Below the pieces are notes generated by a model. It searched no databases. It had not been told where the DNA came from and saw only the letters and a program-made list of their open reading frames with translations. Below, in pieces: positions 1 to 12,468 of a stretch of 47,755 bases of DNA. The stretch is taken from the NCBI GenBank assembly GCA_008632985.1, contig QPGO01000066.1:389771-437525 (forward strand). Reading direction: 5' to 3'. The position numbers were made by a program, and so were the translations under genes. How positions within the stretch are numbered: the stretch's first letter is position 1; each line of letters begins with the position of its first letter. The stretch is from Psammoneis japonica. Lineage: Eukaryota.

Positions 1-359
1 ACCACAACAATGCAATAAATGTTTTCCAACATCGAACAAACAGTGAGTCTACTCGTGAAATTTCTCGACAACGTCATTTGGGCAGGATGGACACCAAACA
101 ACACACACAATGGACATTTCATTCACTGCCCGCACAGCTGCAAAAACAAACAGCAATGGTGTGAAACAGCAACCCATGTCAGGAGTGCACCATTGTCGTC
201 GACAGAGCAGCAAAGTTCACTGTGCAAACGCTCTCTGCCGGTGATGTCGACAATGCGAAAAGAGGAGAGTGTTGTGTCATCAGTGGCAGAGGATCCCTCA
301 CAGCCTGAAAGAGATTTCTGTGTGCATGTGGCGGGGGCGATGCTGCTGCTGCTGAGAGC

Positions 360-624
360 NNNNNNNNNNNNNNNNNNNNNNNNNNNNNNNNNNNNNNNNN
401 NNNNNNNNNNNNNNNNNNNNNNNNNNNNNNNNNNNNNNNNNNNNNNNNNNNNNNNNNNNNNNNNNNNNNNNNNNNNNNNNNNNNNNNNNNNNNNNNNNNN
501 NNNNNNNNNNNNNNNNNNNNNNNNNNNNNNNNNNNNNNNNNNNNNNNNNNNNNNNNNNNNNNNNNNNNNNNNNNNNNNNNNNNNNNNNNNNNNNNNNNNN
601 NNNNNNNNNNNNNNNNNNNNNNNN
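360..624. other. Assembly gap (run of N)
   Basis: Uninterrupted Ns; ORFs that cross it are artefacts. Confidence 0.99.
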
Positions 625-749
625 CTGGCCATCTCACTTGCTGCCCGTGAAGTCAATGCAGCATTGGAGTGAAACCCCATTGCAGCCAATTCAATGGGAG
701 GAGGTGCAAAGGCAAAAGAGGCAACGGCGTTGCCTGGCTCATCTGACTG

Positions 750-1110
750 TGCATGAGTCCAAGATGCGCACTGGCGTGTCAAAATTTCCGTTGTTGTGGC
801 CAGCCGGTTTTGTCTTGCATTGCCAATTGCTTGATGCAAGCCCCATTTGCCAGCATGCAGACAGCCAATCTTGCACATCAAATCATGGCACAATGTTGCA
901 TGTTGACTCGCAAGCTGGCTTGTGCAAAACACAGTCTTGTCACCTGCCACGTGTTGCTGCCACAACGTTGCCCACCACAATGGCTTCTCTCTCTTGCTTC
1001 CTTTGCAACACAAACAATGTCTCTTTTCTTTGCCATCACAAATGACTGTCCTGTGTGTGGCAAACATTTGCTCCCAACTGGTCTTCAACATCACCTCAGA
1101 ACTCTCACTT
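750..1110 (-). mobile_element. Degenerate fragment homologous to 21560-21900, probably the C-terminal part of a Plavaka/CACTA-like transposase
   Basis: The reverse complement of ~1021-1103 (agttctgaggtgatgttgaagaccag...gcaaagaaaag) aligns by eye to 21591-21670. The family assignment is inference. Confidence 0.45.
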
Positions 1111-1344
1111 GCCTTGCAAATGCTTTTTCAGTCAATGAGTCAAAGGACGATTGTGGCAAACCACCGCCAACAGCAGAACCCAAAGAACCTGGCAACGCCA
1201 CTCCCTCCTCTGCCATCCCCCCTCCCTCCATCAAATTTAATGCCATGGGTTCTCACTCCAACACCGGGTCCACTCCACAAGTTGCAGTGCAACACAATCC
1301 CCGTCCATTGAGATCCACTCGTGAAGTGGCCCCAGTGTGAGATC

Positions 1345-1566
1345 TGACAGGATTTGAACAAGATTTTAGTTTGTCACACACAATTGTGTGTGCTTTTAGT
1401 TTCACGTGCGATGCAGTTTGCTTTCAAAAACAACAGCCACAGTGCCGACATCATGACGCCAGTCTTTCGGCTCCTGCAACGGTCTCTGCACGGAAACTCA
1501 TCTGCCATTTGGATGGCAGTGAGGAGCCATTGTTTTCTTCCACCCAGTCATCTTCATTTTCTGTCA
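1345..1566 (+). repeat. 5' LTR of copia copy 1
   Basis: Starts TGACAGGATTTGAACA, ends ...CTGTCA, shares blocks with the copy 2 LTR (ggctcctgcaacggtctctg), and is followed by the same PBS-like gattgacagtct. Confidence 0.75.
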
Positions 1567-3175
1567 GATTGACAGTCTTGGCCAATGTCCACCCATTGAG
1601 CCATCATCATTGTCATCGAGAAAATCAACAACGTGCACCAATGGCGGCGGAAGCATGTGCCTGCCACCTTCACTGCTGGGTGTTGGATTGGATGTGTGCG
1701 CTTGGATCTGTCCAATGCATCCAATCGCTGGACATGTTCATTCAACGGACATTTGTTTGGTCAGGAATTTTCGCATTCTCAGGCATCTGAGATTCTGGAT
1801 TCCTTGCAGCGGATTCCACTCCTGTTGGCAGATGGACAGACCCCATCTGCACACGTTGGCGCACACACGAGACACTGCCACCCAACTCTGGCCCTGCTCC
1901 ATGCAAGCCAAGTCTGCTGCCACCCATCTGCACTGGATTGCTGGTCTTCTGCAGTTCTCCAGCCTGCATTGGGGTGAGGGTGCTTTTCCCACATCTGTTC
2001 ATCCCTCCACAGTGCCAATTCTGGCCGGCCTGATCGGGTTGTCCAACCAACACAAAACAAGAAAGCTTTGGAGGTCTTGTCCACCTCCAGCCAGCTTGTC
2101 AGCAGGGGTTTTTAACCTGTTGCTCCACTCTCAGGCAACCCAAAGCACATCGCCAGCTGCAGATTCGAACATGCCGGAACAACTCTGCAAACCGGACAGG
2201 AAGCTCAGCAATTGACTGCAAATGGGGCATCACAGCCTGGCAGCTTCTGACTTGTGAGACACTTCAAGACTTCAAGTCAAGTTTCAAGTCATTTCAAGTT
2301 CACTCTCCAACTCCAGTCCAGGCACCCAATCAGTTGCACACCATGGTTCTCACCAGGCAGCAACAAATCAATGGCTTTGAGCACATCTTGGGCGCTGTTC
2401 TGAATCAAGCTGCAGACAGCCCACTGCACTCTGCCCTCAGCATTGACAGCAGTGACTCATGCCAGGATCTCTTCATGTTCAATCCGTTGCAACTTGATGC
2501 CCTGGTTTGCAATGACGGCACCAATCAAACACCTTTGCCCCATGGCTGCAAAGCACAAACAGCTGCTTTGATCAGTTTGTGCATGGCAAAAGCGCGCAGC
2601 GGCACTGACGTTGGCAACAACCCCACCTTGTTTGCACATGAGGAGTTTGCCAACTGTTGCCTTGGCCCCAAGCACGTTGCATCCCTCTCCATGGGTGCGG
2701 CACACCATCTGCTCCTGCTCCTGGTTCATTGCCCCCAAAACCACGTGAACCCATGCATGACTTTGAGCAAGGCATCAAGCACGACCCACTTGCCTTCACG
2801 ACTCTCAAGTCAAACAAGCAGCGGCACATGTGGCGCACCTCCATCGTTGCACAGGCCCACTCCCAGGATGTTGATCGGCTGCTGAGGACAAGGCCTTGTT
2901 TGCCAAACAACAGAAGCACATGTTTGCCGCATTTGAACACATCTTGCAAAATGACAAAGGCAAGGCACTCTTTCATGAACATGTTGGCTCCTCTGATGCC
3001 CAAGCAGTGCATCGCAAACTTTCCAACTGCATCCTTGCATCCATCCGTGCATCCCTGGAGTCCTTGACCCTTCTCACGTGCCTTGCCACTGCTCGCCTTG
3101 GTGATGGCAACTGGAAAGGCTCCACCCATGCCTTCAAACTCTCCACTGGCAGGACCAGCTTTGCAAGTGTGAAGC

Positions 3176-3571
3176 GACGCGTTCCAGACGTAGGTGGGAA
3201 TCCGTGTGACATTGGGACCGTAGACTTCTACGTGCGAGCTCCGTAGTAAAATTATACGGTAATTAAAATGTCAATGATCGCCAACAGAAAATGAGGCAAT
3301 TTTGCGAACGCACAAACTCGCCCATGATTGAAGTGCATTGTTTTTTACTTAGACAGTTACATTCTTCAGACATTGAAGAATGTAACTGGCGCATTATTGT
3401 TTCTATAATTTCGTTATATAAAACGTCTGGGGCTTCGCAAAACAGCAATTCTAGACAATTTTTTTTAAATGTCACACGTAGAAATCTACGTGCGAAACAT
3501 ACGACGGATGACAAAAATTGTTTGTGTCACACGTCAGTGCTACGAGCTCCCACCTGGGGCTGGAACACGTC
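3176..3571 (+). mobile_element. MITE type A (396 bp), least-mutated copy, inserted in copia gag
   Basis: TIRs gacgcgttccag / ctggaacacgtc, extending imperfectly to ~24 bp (aggtggga). 4-bp TSD aagc at 3172-3175 and 3572-3575. Removing the insert rejoins gag sequence that is contiguous in copy 2. Rich in TA. Confidence 0.92.
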
Positions 3572-6500
3572 AAGCTCTCATCCCAGAGATGGAAACGCTT
3601 CATGCTCAAGAACGCCATTGATCCTGTCAAAGAACTTTGTTCAGCAAAGAATCAAGCCGATCAATTTTGCACGCTGAATGGCACAGGTCTTTCATGTGAG
3701 CAGTGCTGTGGGCTCCTGCTTTCTGTGGCGGCACAGAGCAACAGCACTTTCACCCCCAAGACAGCCTCACGCTCTGCACCACGCCATCTGTGAACATGAC
3801 CTGGCTCCTGACGACCCTGACAATGACGCACTCTACAACATCGACAGTGATGTTGACGTCATTCAGGCTCATGCTGCTCAGACTCGTGGCAACTCCCTCA
3901 CCAGGGAACAACGGCGTTGCATCCTGCCGGACCACCAGCGCATCTGGGACACCTTGCCTCAGTTCACCAAGGCCATTGCGCTTGGTTTGCACACTGCCCA
4001 TGCCGGCAATTGTCATGACTTGACAGCAGTCAACCTCCACGACCTCCGTCTTGGCAGCAATGGTGACGCGCCAACTTGTTGGCCAATGCTCGTGAGCGTC
4101 TGCCTCTGAACCACCTGATGCTGCAGCTGACCCAGTTGATGCTGACCCCATCCTGGCCCACCTCACCAAGCGCAAGCCTTTGCCACCCAGTTGTCTGCAA
4201 TGTCTTCTCACACCCAAAAGGCCGCCCTCGGCCTGCTCTGGCAAGAAACCTCCCTGATCTTTGTCCTCCCGCCACACCAACACTGACATTGAGATCAATG
4301 GCCACACTTGCCATTGCGTCAACAACCACAACGTTGTCTGCTCTGCCTTGTCTCATGCCTGGACTTGCAAGGGTGCTCTCGTGGATTGTGGTGCAAACAG
4401 TGGTGTTGCCGGTGACAATGTTTGTGTTGTTGCTTGCACTGATTGTCAGGTTGACACACAAGGCATCAACAACCATCAGCTTTTCAACACCCCCATTGTC
4501 GCTGCCGGTGGTGTCATTCACATGCAATGCAGACCTGTGATTGCCATTCTTCACCAGCGTGTCTGCACTGGGAAGGGCAAGACCATCCACTCTTGCAGCC
4601 AAAACAAGTGGTGCAAACATGACACAAATGACAGGTCCATCAAGGTCCCCAATGGTTTGCAGCGCATCACCGCCATTGATGGATGCGTCATTCCTGTTGA
4701 CATCAAAGGCAGCCTTCCGTACATTGCCACATGCCTGCACTCCAATGCCAAATGGGACACCCTGCCTCATGTTGTCCTCACTGGCAATGACACCTGCAAC
4801 CCATCTGTCCTTCACCACCAGTTCACCAATGATGAACAGTGGCACAATGCTGTGTCCAACCTCCAAGACGGCTCAACTGCCAACCCATTTGACAAGTTCC
4901 GAAACTGTCGTCACCGTCATGTTGTCAACAGTGCAATGCTTGCAGACTCTGTCCTGGATGACCACCTCATTCCAACGTCCAAATTCTTCTGCAAATGTCA
5001 TGAGCGTGAGATCAACCCCAACAAGGATTCCGACTGCGAGTCTTTGCGCCCCTGTTTTGCTTCCTCTCCAATGACACTGTTTGCCAAACTTTTGACTGCA
5101 TGACACAGTGCACCCGCATGCTTGCCAGCACACACCTGAAAAAGGCGCACAAGTCACCCAACCTGGCTCTCAATGTCCGCCGATGCAACAAAACTGTTGC
5201 CACCAATGCGGTGCACTCTGACACACCCACCATTGACTCTGGCTGCATCAGTGCACATCTCTTTGTTGGCACAGAACCCCTTGTCACTGACATCTGCAGA
5301 ACCAAGACTGACAAGGAATTTGTCAACACACCTTGAAGACAACATCCACATCTGTGGTGCTCCCTCCAAGCTCATCAGCGACCGTGCTCAGGTTGAAATC
5401 AGCAACAAAGTTCTTGGCATCCTTCGTGCTCTCTTCATCTTCAGCTGGCAAAGCAAGCCCCACCAGCAGCACCAGAACTTTGCTGGGTGCCGCTGCCAGA
5501 CTGTGAAGACCATGGCCAACACCATCATGGATTGCTTTGGGTCTCCCGCTCCCACTTGAGTGCTGTCCGGTTCTGCCCCCAACATCAGCCCGCTCCTTGG
5601 CTTCCAATGGTGGGAACCCATGTGCTGCCACTTGGATGATTCCAACTGGCCTCCCAAATCCCGTGAACTCCGTGGTCAATGTGCTGGCATTGCCGAGCAC
5701 GTTGGTCATCAGATGACATTCAAGATTCTTTCTGACAACACTCAGAAGATTCTTTGCTGTTCAAACGTTTGTTCCGCCTGCAAACCATCCCCTCCAAACC
5801 TCCATCTTGACCCTCCTGACAAAGGATCTGGCAAACCTGTCATCAAATCCCATCACAACTCTGAGGACTCCACACAGATTCACCAGATGACAAGACAATC
5901 AGGATGCCCAAAATGCCGGTCTTCAATGCTGAGGACATCATCAGACGTTCCTCATGAAGCCGCAAGAGGACGGACAACACCACAGAGCCTGCATTGTCAA
6001 AGCCATTGAAGACCATGATTGGGAAATCAGAGACAACCCGGAACTGGTCAAGTTCATTTGCTCTGTCAACAATGACAAATGCAAGGAAGTCCTCCTTGCC
6101 TGCAATGATGTCATGCACCACATCAAGCAAGAAGATGAGGATTCCACCCTCTGGAAGTTCTGACATTTTGTCTCTCACGAAGGACCATTGAGGCCCCATG
6201 ATCCATCTTAGAAAGGCTCAAGCTGCAACATCATGCTTGAGTGGGAGAACGGGGAGATCACGTCTGAGCCCCTTGCCATCATTGCCAAGGATGATTCCGT
6301 CACTGGTGCCATTTGTGCATGTGAGCATGGCTTGCTCAAGACCAAAGGCTGGAAGCATTTCCAGACCACAGCTTGGTGCCAGAAGAAGCCATTCTGCATG
6401 GCCAACCAAGCCAAGTTGCGCTCCTTTTGCACCACACACCACGATGCAAGCACAGTTTTGAAGTGCCCCGGGACTGCAAGCATGCCTTGACCCTTGACAA

Positions 6501-7892
6501 ATGCAATGGCAACTGCAAATGGGGAGGCACAACAGACCTTGAGATGACTCAGCTTGACAAGTGCAAGGTCTTCCACGACTGTGGGCACTGCAAAGACTCC
6601 AGTGCTCCACCAGGACACAAGAAGATCAGGGTGCATCTTGTCCACAAGATCAAACACAATGGACGGCACAATGTCCATTCTGGAGTGGTGTTTGTCCATG
6701 GCCTGCGCATGATGATCTTCCTGGCAGAACTCAATGACCTGGAGACCTGGACAACCAACATTGGGAATGCCCATCTGAAAGCCACCACCAAGGAGAAACT
6801 GTGCATTGTGGCAGGCCCTAAATTTGGCAAGTTGGAAGGACACATCCTTGTCATCCACAAGGCTTTGTGCAGACTTTGCAGCTCCGGTCTCAGGTGGCAT
6901 GAATGCTTTGCCAATTGCTTGCATGCTGAAGGCTTCTTCCCGTGCCGCGCCAAACCTGACATCTGGTTGCGCAGAAATGGCAATCACTGCAAATGCGTGG
7001 CAGTGCATGTGGACAACCCAGCCTTTGCCATGAAGAACTCACAAGCATTTGCGGACACTCTCATGGAGAAGTGCAAGTTCAAACTCAAAGGCACTGGACC
7101 ATTGGCGGAGCTCCACCTTGGTTGCGATTTCACCCATGATCCAGATGGCACCCTGTGTCTTGCTCCCCGCAAGAGCATTGAGTGCATGGTGGACAACTGC
7201 GCACCCCTCTTTGGGGAGAAACCTTGCTCTGATGTGCCCTGAGCTTGACACCTCTGAACTGCTTGAACCAGATGGCATCCACCAGCTCCAATCCTTGATT
7301 GGCTCCCTGCAATGGGCTGCGTCCCTCGGACGCATTGACATCACTGCGGCCGTCATGTCCCTGTCTGGCTTCCACACAGTGCCTCACCAAGGCCGCTCAG
7401 ACCGTGCCAAGTGCATCTGCAGATTCCTCTCCAAGATGCAACATGGTGCCCTCTGAGTGTGCACCAAGGAGCCTGACTGTTCGGACCTTCCCAAGCTTGT
7501 GTGTGGCTGGTCCCAGTCCATGCACGGGGAGGTGGAAGAACTGCTCCCACAAGATGCACCTGAGCCACTTGGCAAGTTCGTCACTGCAACCCAAAGTGCT
7601 GACACAAACTTGTTCCATTGCATGGCATCCCACATTTCCTTAACAAGTTTCTGGCTGATTGGCTCTCCAAGAAACAAGCAACAGTTGAGGCTGCTGCATG
7701 TGGATCTGAGTTTGTTGCCACAAGGACCTGCACTGAGCAGATCATTGATCTGCGCATCACTGTCACCCTGACAATGTGAAGATTTTTTTCTGACTCATTT
7801 GATGATGCAGCCTCTCCCCTTTTGTTGACCAGTTCACTGCCTCTCTCTTGTTGAATCTGATGCCAGAATTTTGTGGTTCCCAAAGTGCACAA

Positions 7893-8235
7893 GATGCACT
7901 CTAGACATGGGTGACATTGGGCACATGGAATTCTGCATTCAAGCTCCACAGCAAAATTGCAAGGCAATGAAAATGTCAATGATCGCCATGATTGAAGTGC
8001 ATCATTTTTTGCTTGGCCAGTTGCATTCTTCAGACATTGAAGAGTGCAACTGGTGCATCATCATTTCTGCAAATTTGTCATGCAAAACGTTTGGGGCTTT
8101 GCAAAACAGCAAGTCTGGACAATTTTTTTGGAATGCCACACGCAACAATGTGCACGTGAAACATGCGATGGATGACAAAAATTGTTTGTGTCACATGTCA
8201 GCACTGCGAGCTCCCACCTGGGGCTGGAATGCATC
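7893..8235 (+). mobile_element. MITE type A, old copy with internal deletions
   Basis: Degenerate TIRs gatgcactctag / ctggaatgcatc; TSD acaa at 7889-7892 and 8236-8239. Body aligns to 3176-3571 with TA->TG/CA changes. Confidence 0.85.
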
Positions 8236-8320
8236 ACAATGGCAAGACCATGTCCATGGTTTGCATGTTGAATTTGTGTCACTCCAAGGGTGCCCCAATC
8301 AGCATGACTGATGAACTTCT

Positions 8321-10130
8321 TTGAACTGTCCAAGAGGAGTTCTTGAGTGGCGGGTTGTCAGCCAACCGCCAAATCCCCTCCTCTTGAACTTTTGTCTCAA
8401 AGCTCAATTGAGTGTTGCCCAGCATTGTCGCTCTGATGTTGAAGTGAGTCCCCTTGAGTCTGTGTCCATTGTCGGCCAACCAAAAAATGACAAACCAACA
8501 CAGCTGTCTCCCGGTGTCCCTGTGTGCAACTTTTCTCTCCAGCTTCAGGACTTGTTTGATGATCCTCTTTTTGCAGACCTCTCCAATCTTGACATTCCTC
8601 CTGAGCCACACTGTTCTCAGGTCCCATCCAATGAACCCATGCCAGACATGAATGGAGACTGGTGACTTTGTGATTGCACAGAAATGAAGGACAGAGAGAC
8701 TTGCAGCAATTGCTTGCATGGATTCTGTGATCCAGCTCTCCCTGCATTCTTTCCTGTTTTTGTCGTGCACTGTGCTGACAAAGCCGGGAAAGGACAGGTT
8801 GCCCCCCACATGATGGGTCCATTTGTTTTCTCTGTGACCATTGTCAAGGCAGGTGCATGGAGGCATTTTGAAGCATGGCGCCCTCTGGGCTTTGTCATGA
8901 AATTCACTGGCCACAAAACTGAGAACGCTGTTTTTGGCACAAATGGAGCCATTTGTTTTCTCTGTGACCATCATCAAGGCAGGTGCATGGGGGCGTTTTA
9001 AAGCATGGTGCCCTCTGGGCTTTGTCCCAAAATTCTCTGGCCACAAAACTGAGAATGCTGTTTTTGGCATGAATGTCAGAAATCATCATTGCACTGCATC
9101 CGTCATTCTTGCATCTGCAGCTGCAGTGCCAGAATTGCTGCCAATGTGCCGCATCTGACTGGGAGACCAGTGCTGTTCCAAGCACATGATTGTTCACAGC
9201 ATCACTTCAATGGGCAACGCCAAAGTCACTGGCCGTGTTTCAGGTTGCAAAAACACTTGTTGCATTGGTCATGCGTGTCTCACATCGTGGGGTGTGCAGC
9301 GACCAACCTTCACATTGTTGCAGGTGTTTTTTTCAGGAAGTGATGAAGTGTCTTACGGTGGCTGCTCTTGGACCACCTCCTGGCTCCACCAACAGTCTGT
9401 GGCATTTGTGAATCAAGTCAACAACTCCAGCTGTGGTGTCAAAGTTGAAAGCAAAATCTTTGTTTGCTGGCATGTGGCGCTGTTGTGCAACACATGGACA
9501 TTTGTGCCACCACACTTCACAAGGTGTTTGGTCAACACATGGCAGACAATGCATTCTCTCCTCTTTGGATGCTTGGAGACAACCATCAGGGAATGTTTGG
9601 TTTTGCCTCACCCAATCCAATGCACATTTTTCAAGGTGCCACAGTCCCCCAGTGGCTTTCTGTGACACTTGACAATTTGCCCGACTCCACGGAAGGACCG
9701 CTTGACGATCTGGCCATTCGTGTGTTTGGATCTCAGTGGTGCAGGCCCACCCAGAGATCAAACTTTCCACTGGTTGTCCTTTTGCACCTTGTCCAGTTTG
9801 ACCTGTGACCAAAAAATGGGCAAGCTTTTTGCACTTGCACTGGCGGGTCAAACCAAGGAGAGGTGCAGCATGCTCCACCTTTGATGTCATCCTGACTTTG
9901 ACAAGACAAAGAAAAAGTGAGCCTTTCAGTTTGATGCCGGTCACCCCAAGTGTGGATCACAAAAGAATGGGTGACAAACTCATGGGACAGTGATGTTGCT
10001 TGCTGTTGCAAAACAGCCAAAACAAAGCAGGCAATGAAGAAGGACAATTGAAAATTGGGTGAGTCTTCAAACAACATGGAAAATGAAAATGAATTCTGCA
10101 TGATGAATGATGCGCCAAAACAAAGCTGCA
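8321..10130 (+). mobile_element. Degenerate Plavaka/CACTA-like transposase fragment
   Basis: Frameshifted ORFs carry motifs such as LQDLFDDPLFADLSNL, DMNGDW, PVFVVHCADKAGKG..MGPFVFSV and SMGNAKVTGRVSG. These resemble diatom Plavaka-type transposases from memory; an HMM search is needed. Confidence 0.5.
8811..9070 (+). repeat. 130-bp tandem duplication (2 copies)
   Basis: ccatttgttttctctgtgaccat...ggccacaaaactgagaa.gctgtttttggca occurs at 8819-8939 and 8949-9069. Confidence 0.9.
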
Positions 10131-12175
10131 ATCAAGGCAATTGAAGAATTGTTGGAAGGGGACTGCAGAAGTGATTCATGTGACAATTGCCCCAAACAAA
10201 ATTTTGGTTTGTTGGCAGGAGTTAAGAATTTTTCCCTGCGCTTGCAAAAAAAAGGCATTTCATCCAAAAACTGAAATGGGTGGCAAAGAAAGAGAGAGAG
10301 AGCTGGCAATTGCAGGAAGAACAGCAAGAGAAAACAACCATGCCTGTGTTGCCAGGGTTGTGCTGTCAATGCCAGAAAACAGGTGAGCAGGGAAACCTTG
10401 CATTGATGGAGAGCATCTTGGACTGTGCATTTTTGCAACACACGGCGCACACTTTGAGATGGACAGTCACACAGAAAAGTGCTCCTCATTGAGAGATTGC
10501 GGGGATTCATTGAAATTTTCACTCACTGGAATTTACACAGAGAACTGAACAAGAGCAGGCCACACTGCTGCGGGTGGATGGCTGGCCAGATGCAGCAAAA
10601 TCACCTGATTTTGGCAAATTGAGAATCCCAACATCCGGGTTGCTTTGGGCGGGTTGGACAGCCACCACCTCCTGGTCACTTGAGGTTCACACATCATCAC
10701 GCTGTGCATCACGTACGAAGCTGCGCATTGTTGTGGCGCATGACGTGGCATTTTGAAGTTGCGTCCCATGCAATGCTCAGAACAACAAAAAAACACCGCA
10801 TCTCCCACCATGGGACTTGATCGTTTGTAGATCAACGGCCGCAACGTCGATCAAGATGAGAGTGCAGTCACACCACTGTAAATTGTTGCTTGTTTTGATG
10901 GTTGCACCGGATTTCTCGGCACTGTTGACCATCATGCCGTGTTCAGACATGCCAACAGGCAGTGTGTTTGCTGACTTTTTTCTGCAGGGCTCTCACGACC
11001 GCTGCGCAAACAAGTCTAAAATCACTGGGTTCATTTCTGCTGTAGATGCAATTGTCAGTGTCTGAGGAATGCACTCGTGTGGATGGCGTCATTTTTGTTT
11101 CTGCCAGTTTCCCATGACAGATGCAGAAAATTGCTTTCTGATTTCCAACGTCGACAATGCACCACGCATGATGCAGAAGAGGAACAATGGGATGTTTTTT
11201 TTTCCAAAGAGAGAAGAGGAGCTAAATTGTGTGGCAAATGCAGTCATTGGATGCTGCAAACAATTGTTGGTGCCTTGTTTGGAACATTTTTTGCTTCCTC
11301 GTCAAAGCGACAGTGGCAATCATGACACCTTGCTCATTTTCGCCCCATGGTGTCAATGCAGCTTGGTTGCGTGATGTGGCACATGGTGTGCTTTGTCACG
11401 GGACAGTGCGTGAAACCAAAAGTGCAATGGACGGGAGCTCCGAACCATCGGCAATCGGATCTATGACCAGCTCGTTGAGCTCGTTCCAAATCCGTGCTCA
11501 AATGGATCAGAGCGGCTGTCCTTCGCTGCGTCTGCACATCGTGCGCACGGAAACTTGTTTTGCCACCAGCGGACACTCTAACTGGCCAACCACCCCTGCT
11601 GTCAAAATTTCAATTTTTGCATCCTTGTGGGATGGCTGGACATGAACAGACATGACTTTGACAGATGGAGAATGCCAAACATTGTGGAAGGGTGGGTGGG
11701 TCAGAGCATCACATGCTGTGAGGAGATTTTGGACCAAGCAACTTTGTTGCTCAGTTTCAGCCACAGGAAAATGACCAGGCACGTGCACCACCAGGGTTGT
11801 CTGCCATCTGCCATTGTGGTGGCATGCAAGTGTGGAGACCGGGCTTGTCAATTCCCAAGAAGCACCAGCATGATGCGTGGTGGATTGACAATGACCAAAC
11901 TGGGTTGGGCGCAGTGAATCTGCAAATGCACGAGAAGGGATGTTCGTTGAACTGGCAGGATTGCAACTCATGGCCTCCATTGGCCAGTGGAGACCTGGTG
12001 TTTTCCAAAGAGGAAAAGCTTGCCAGGCTGACCGTTTGTTGTTCTGGTGTCCACACTGCAATGGAGGGACATTGCAGGGGACTGGATGCTGCGTTGAAAC
12101 ACTTGTTTGAAGAACACAGGGGACGATGGGCCAAGACAAGTGCAAGGAAGATGGGTTGGAGGTCAGAGACCAGAT

Positions 12176-12453
12176 TGACAGGATTTGAACAGGATCCAGG
12201 TGCACACGAAATGTTGCGCGCTGTTTAGTTTGCTGCGCACAGTTTTGTGTGCTCTTCAGCTCCACGCGCATGCGTGCGATGCAGTTTGCTTTTGAGCCAC
12301 TCGGCTCACAAGAGTGATGACAGTGGCCCGATTGTGCCGACTCACATGTCTTTTGGCTCCTGCAACGGTCTCTGAGCGGAGACTCAAATGCCACTCAGAC
12401 AGCAGCAAGGAGTTGTTGTTTGAATCCTTGCCATTTGCCTTCAATTTCCAATG
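12176..12453 (+). repeat. 5' LTR of copia copy 2
   Basis: Colinear, same-length match to 19421-19698. Confidence 0.93.
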
Positions 12454-12468
12454 GATTGACAGTCTCGC
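12454..12468 (+). promoter_or_regulatory. Putative primer-binding site gattgacagtctcgc
   Basis: Directly follows the 5' LTR and is conserved at the same position in copy 1 (1567, gattgacagtct). Confidence 0.6.

Larger units (their letters stand above)
1345..7770 (+). mobile_element. Ty1/copia (CoDi-like) LTR retrotransposon, copy 1, 3'-truncated and heavily mutated
   Basis: 5' LTR 1345-1566 (TG...CA) begins with the same tgacaggatttgaaca as copy 2. Gag starts at ~2343 (MVLTRQQQ). Motifs: protease LVDCGANSGVAG, integrase (LNVRR..VATNAVHSD, SDRAQVEIS), RT (IGNAHLKA, KALCRL, VAVHVDN = YVDD) and the start of RNase H. Domain order is PR-IN-RT-RH with many frameshifts; no 3' LTR is seen. Confidence 0.9.

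Noticed and set aside
19..1094. Long ORFs of 217-323 aa at the start of the window
   Set aside because: They run through the N gap and are not real coding sequence.
660..1265. Diverged inverted homology between 660-737 and 1189-1265
   Set aside because: Short, low identity, no TSD; probably two fragments of another repeat rather than the TIRs of one element.
11627..12170. Possible piggyBac-like transposase remnant interrupted by copia copy 2
   Set aside because: Only faint motif resemblance (EILDQATL, IPKKH, SGVHTAME) with no TIR or TTAA evidence; needs an HMM search.
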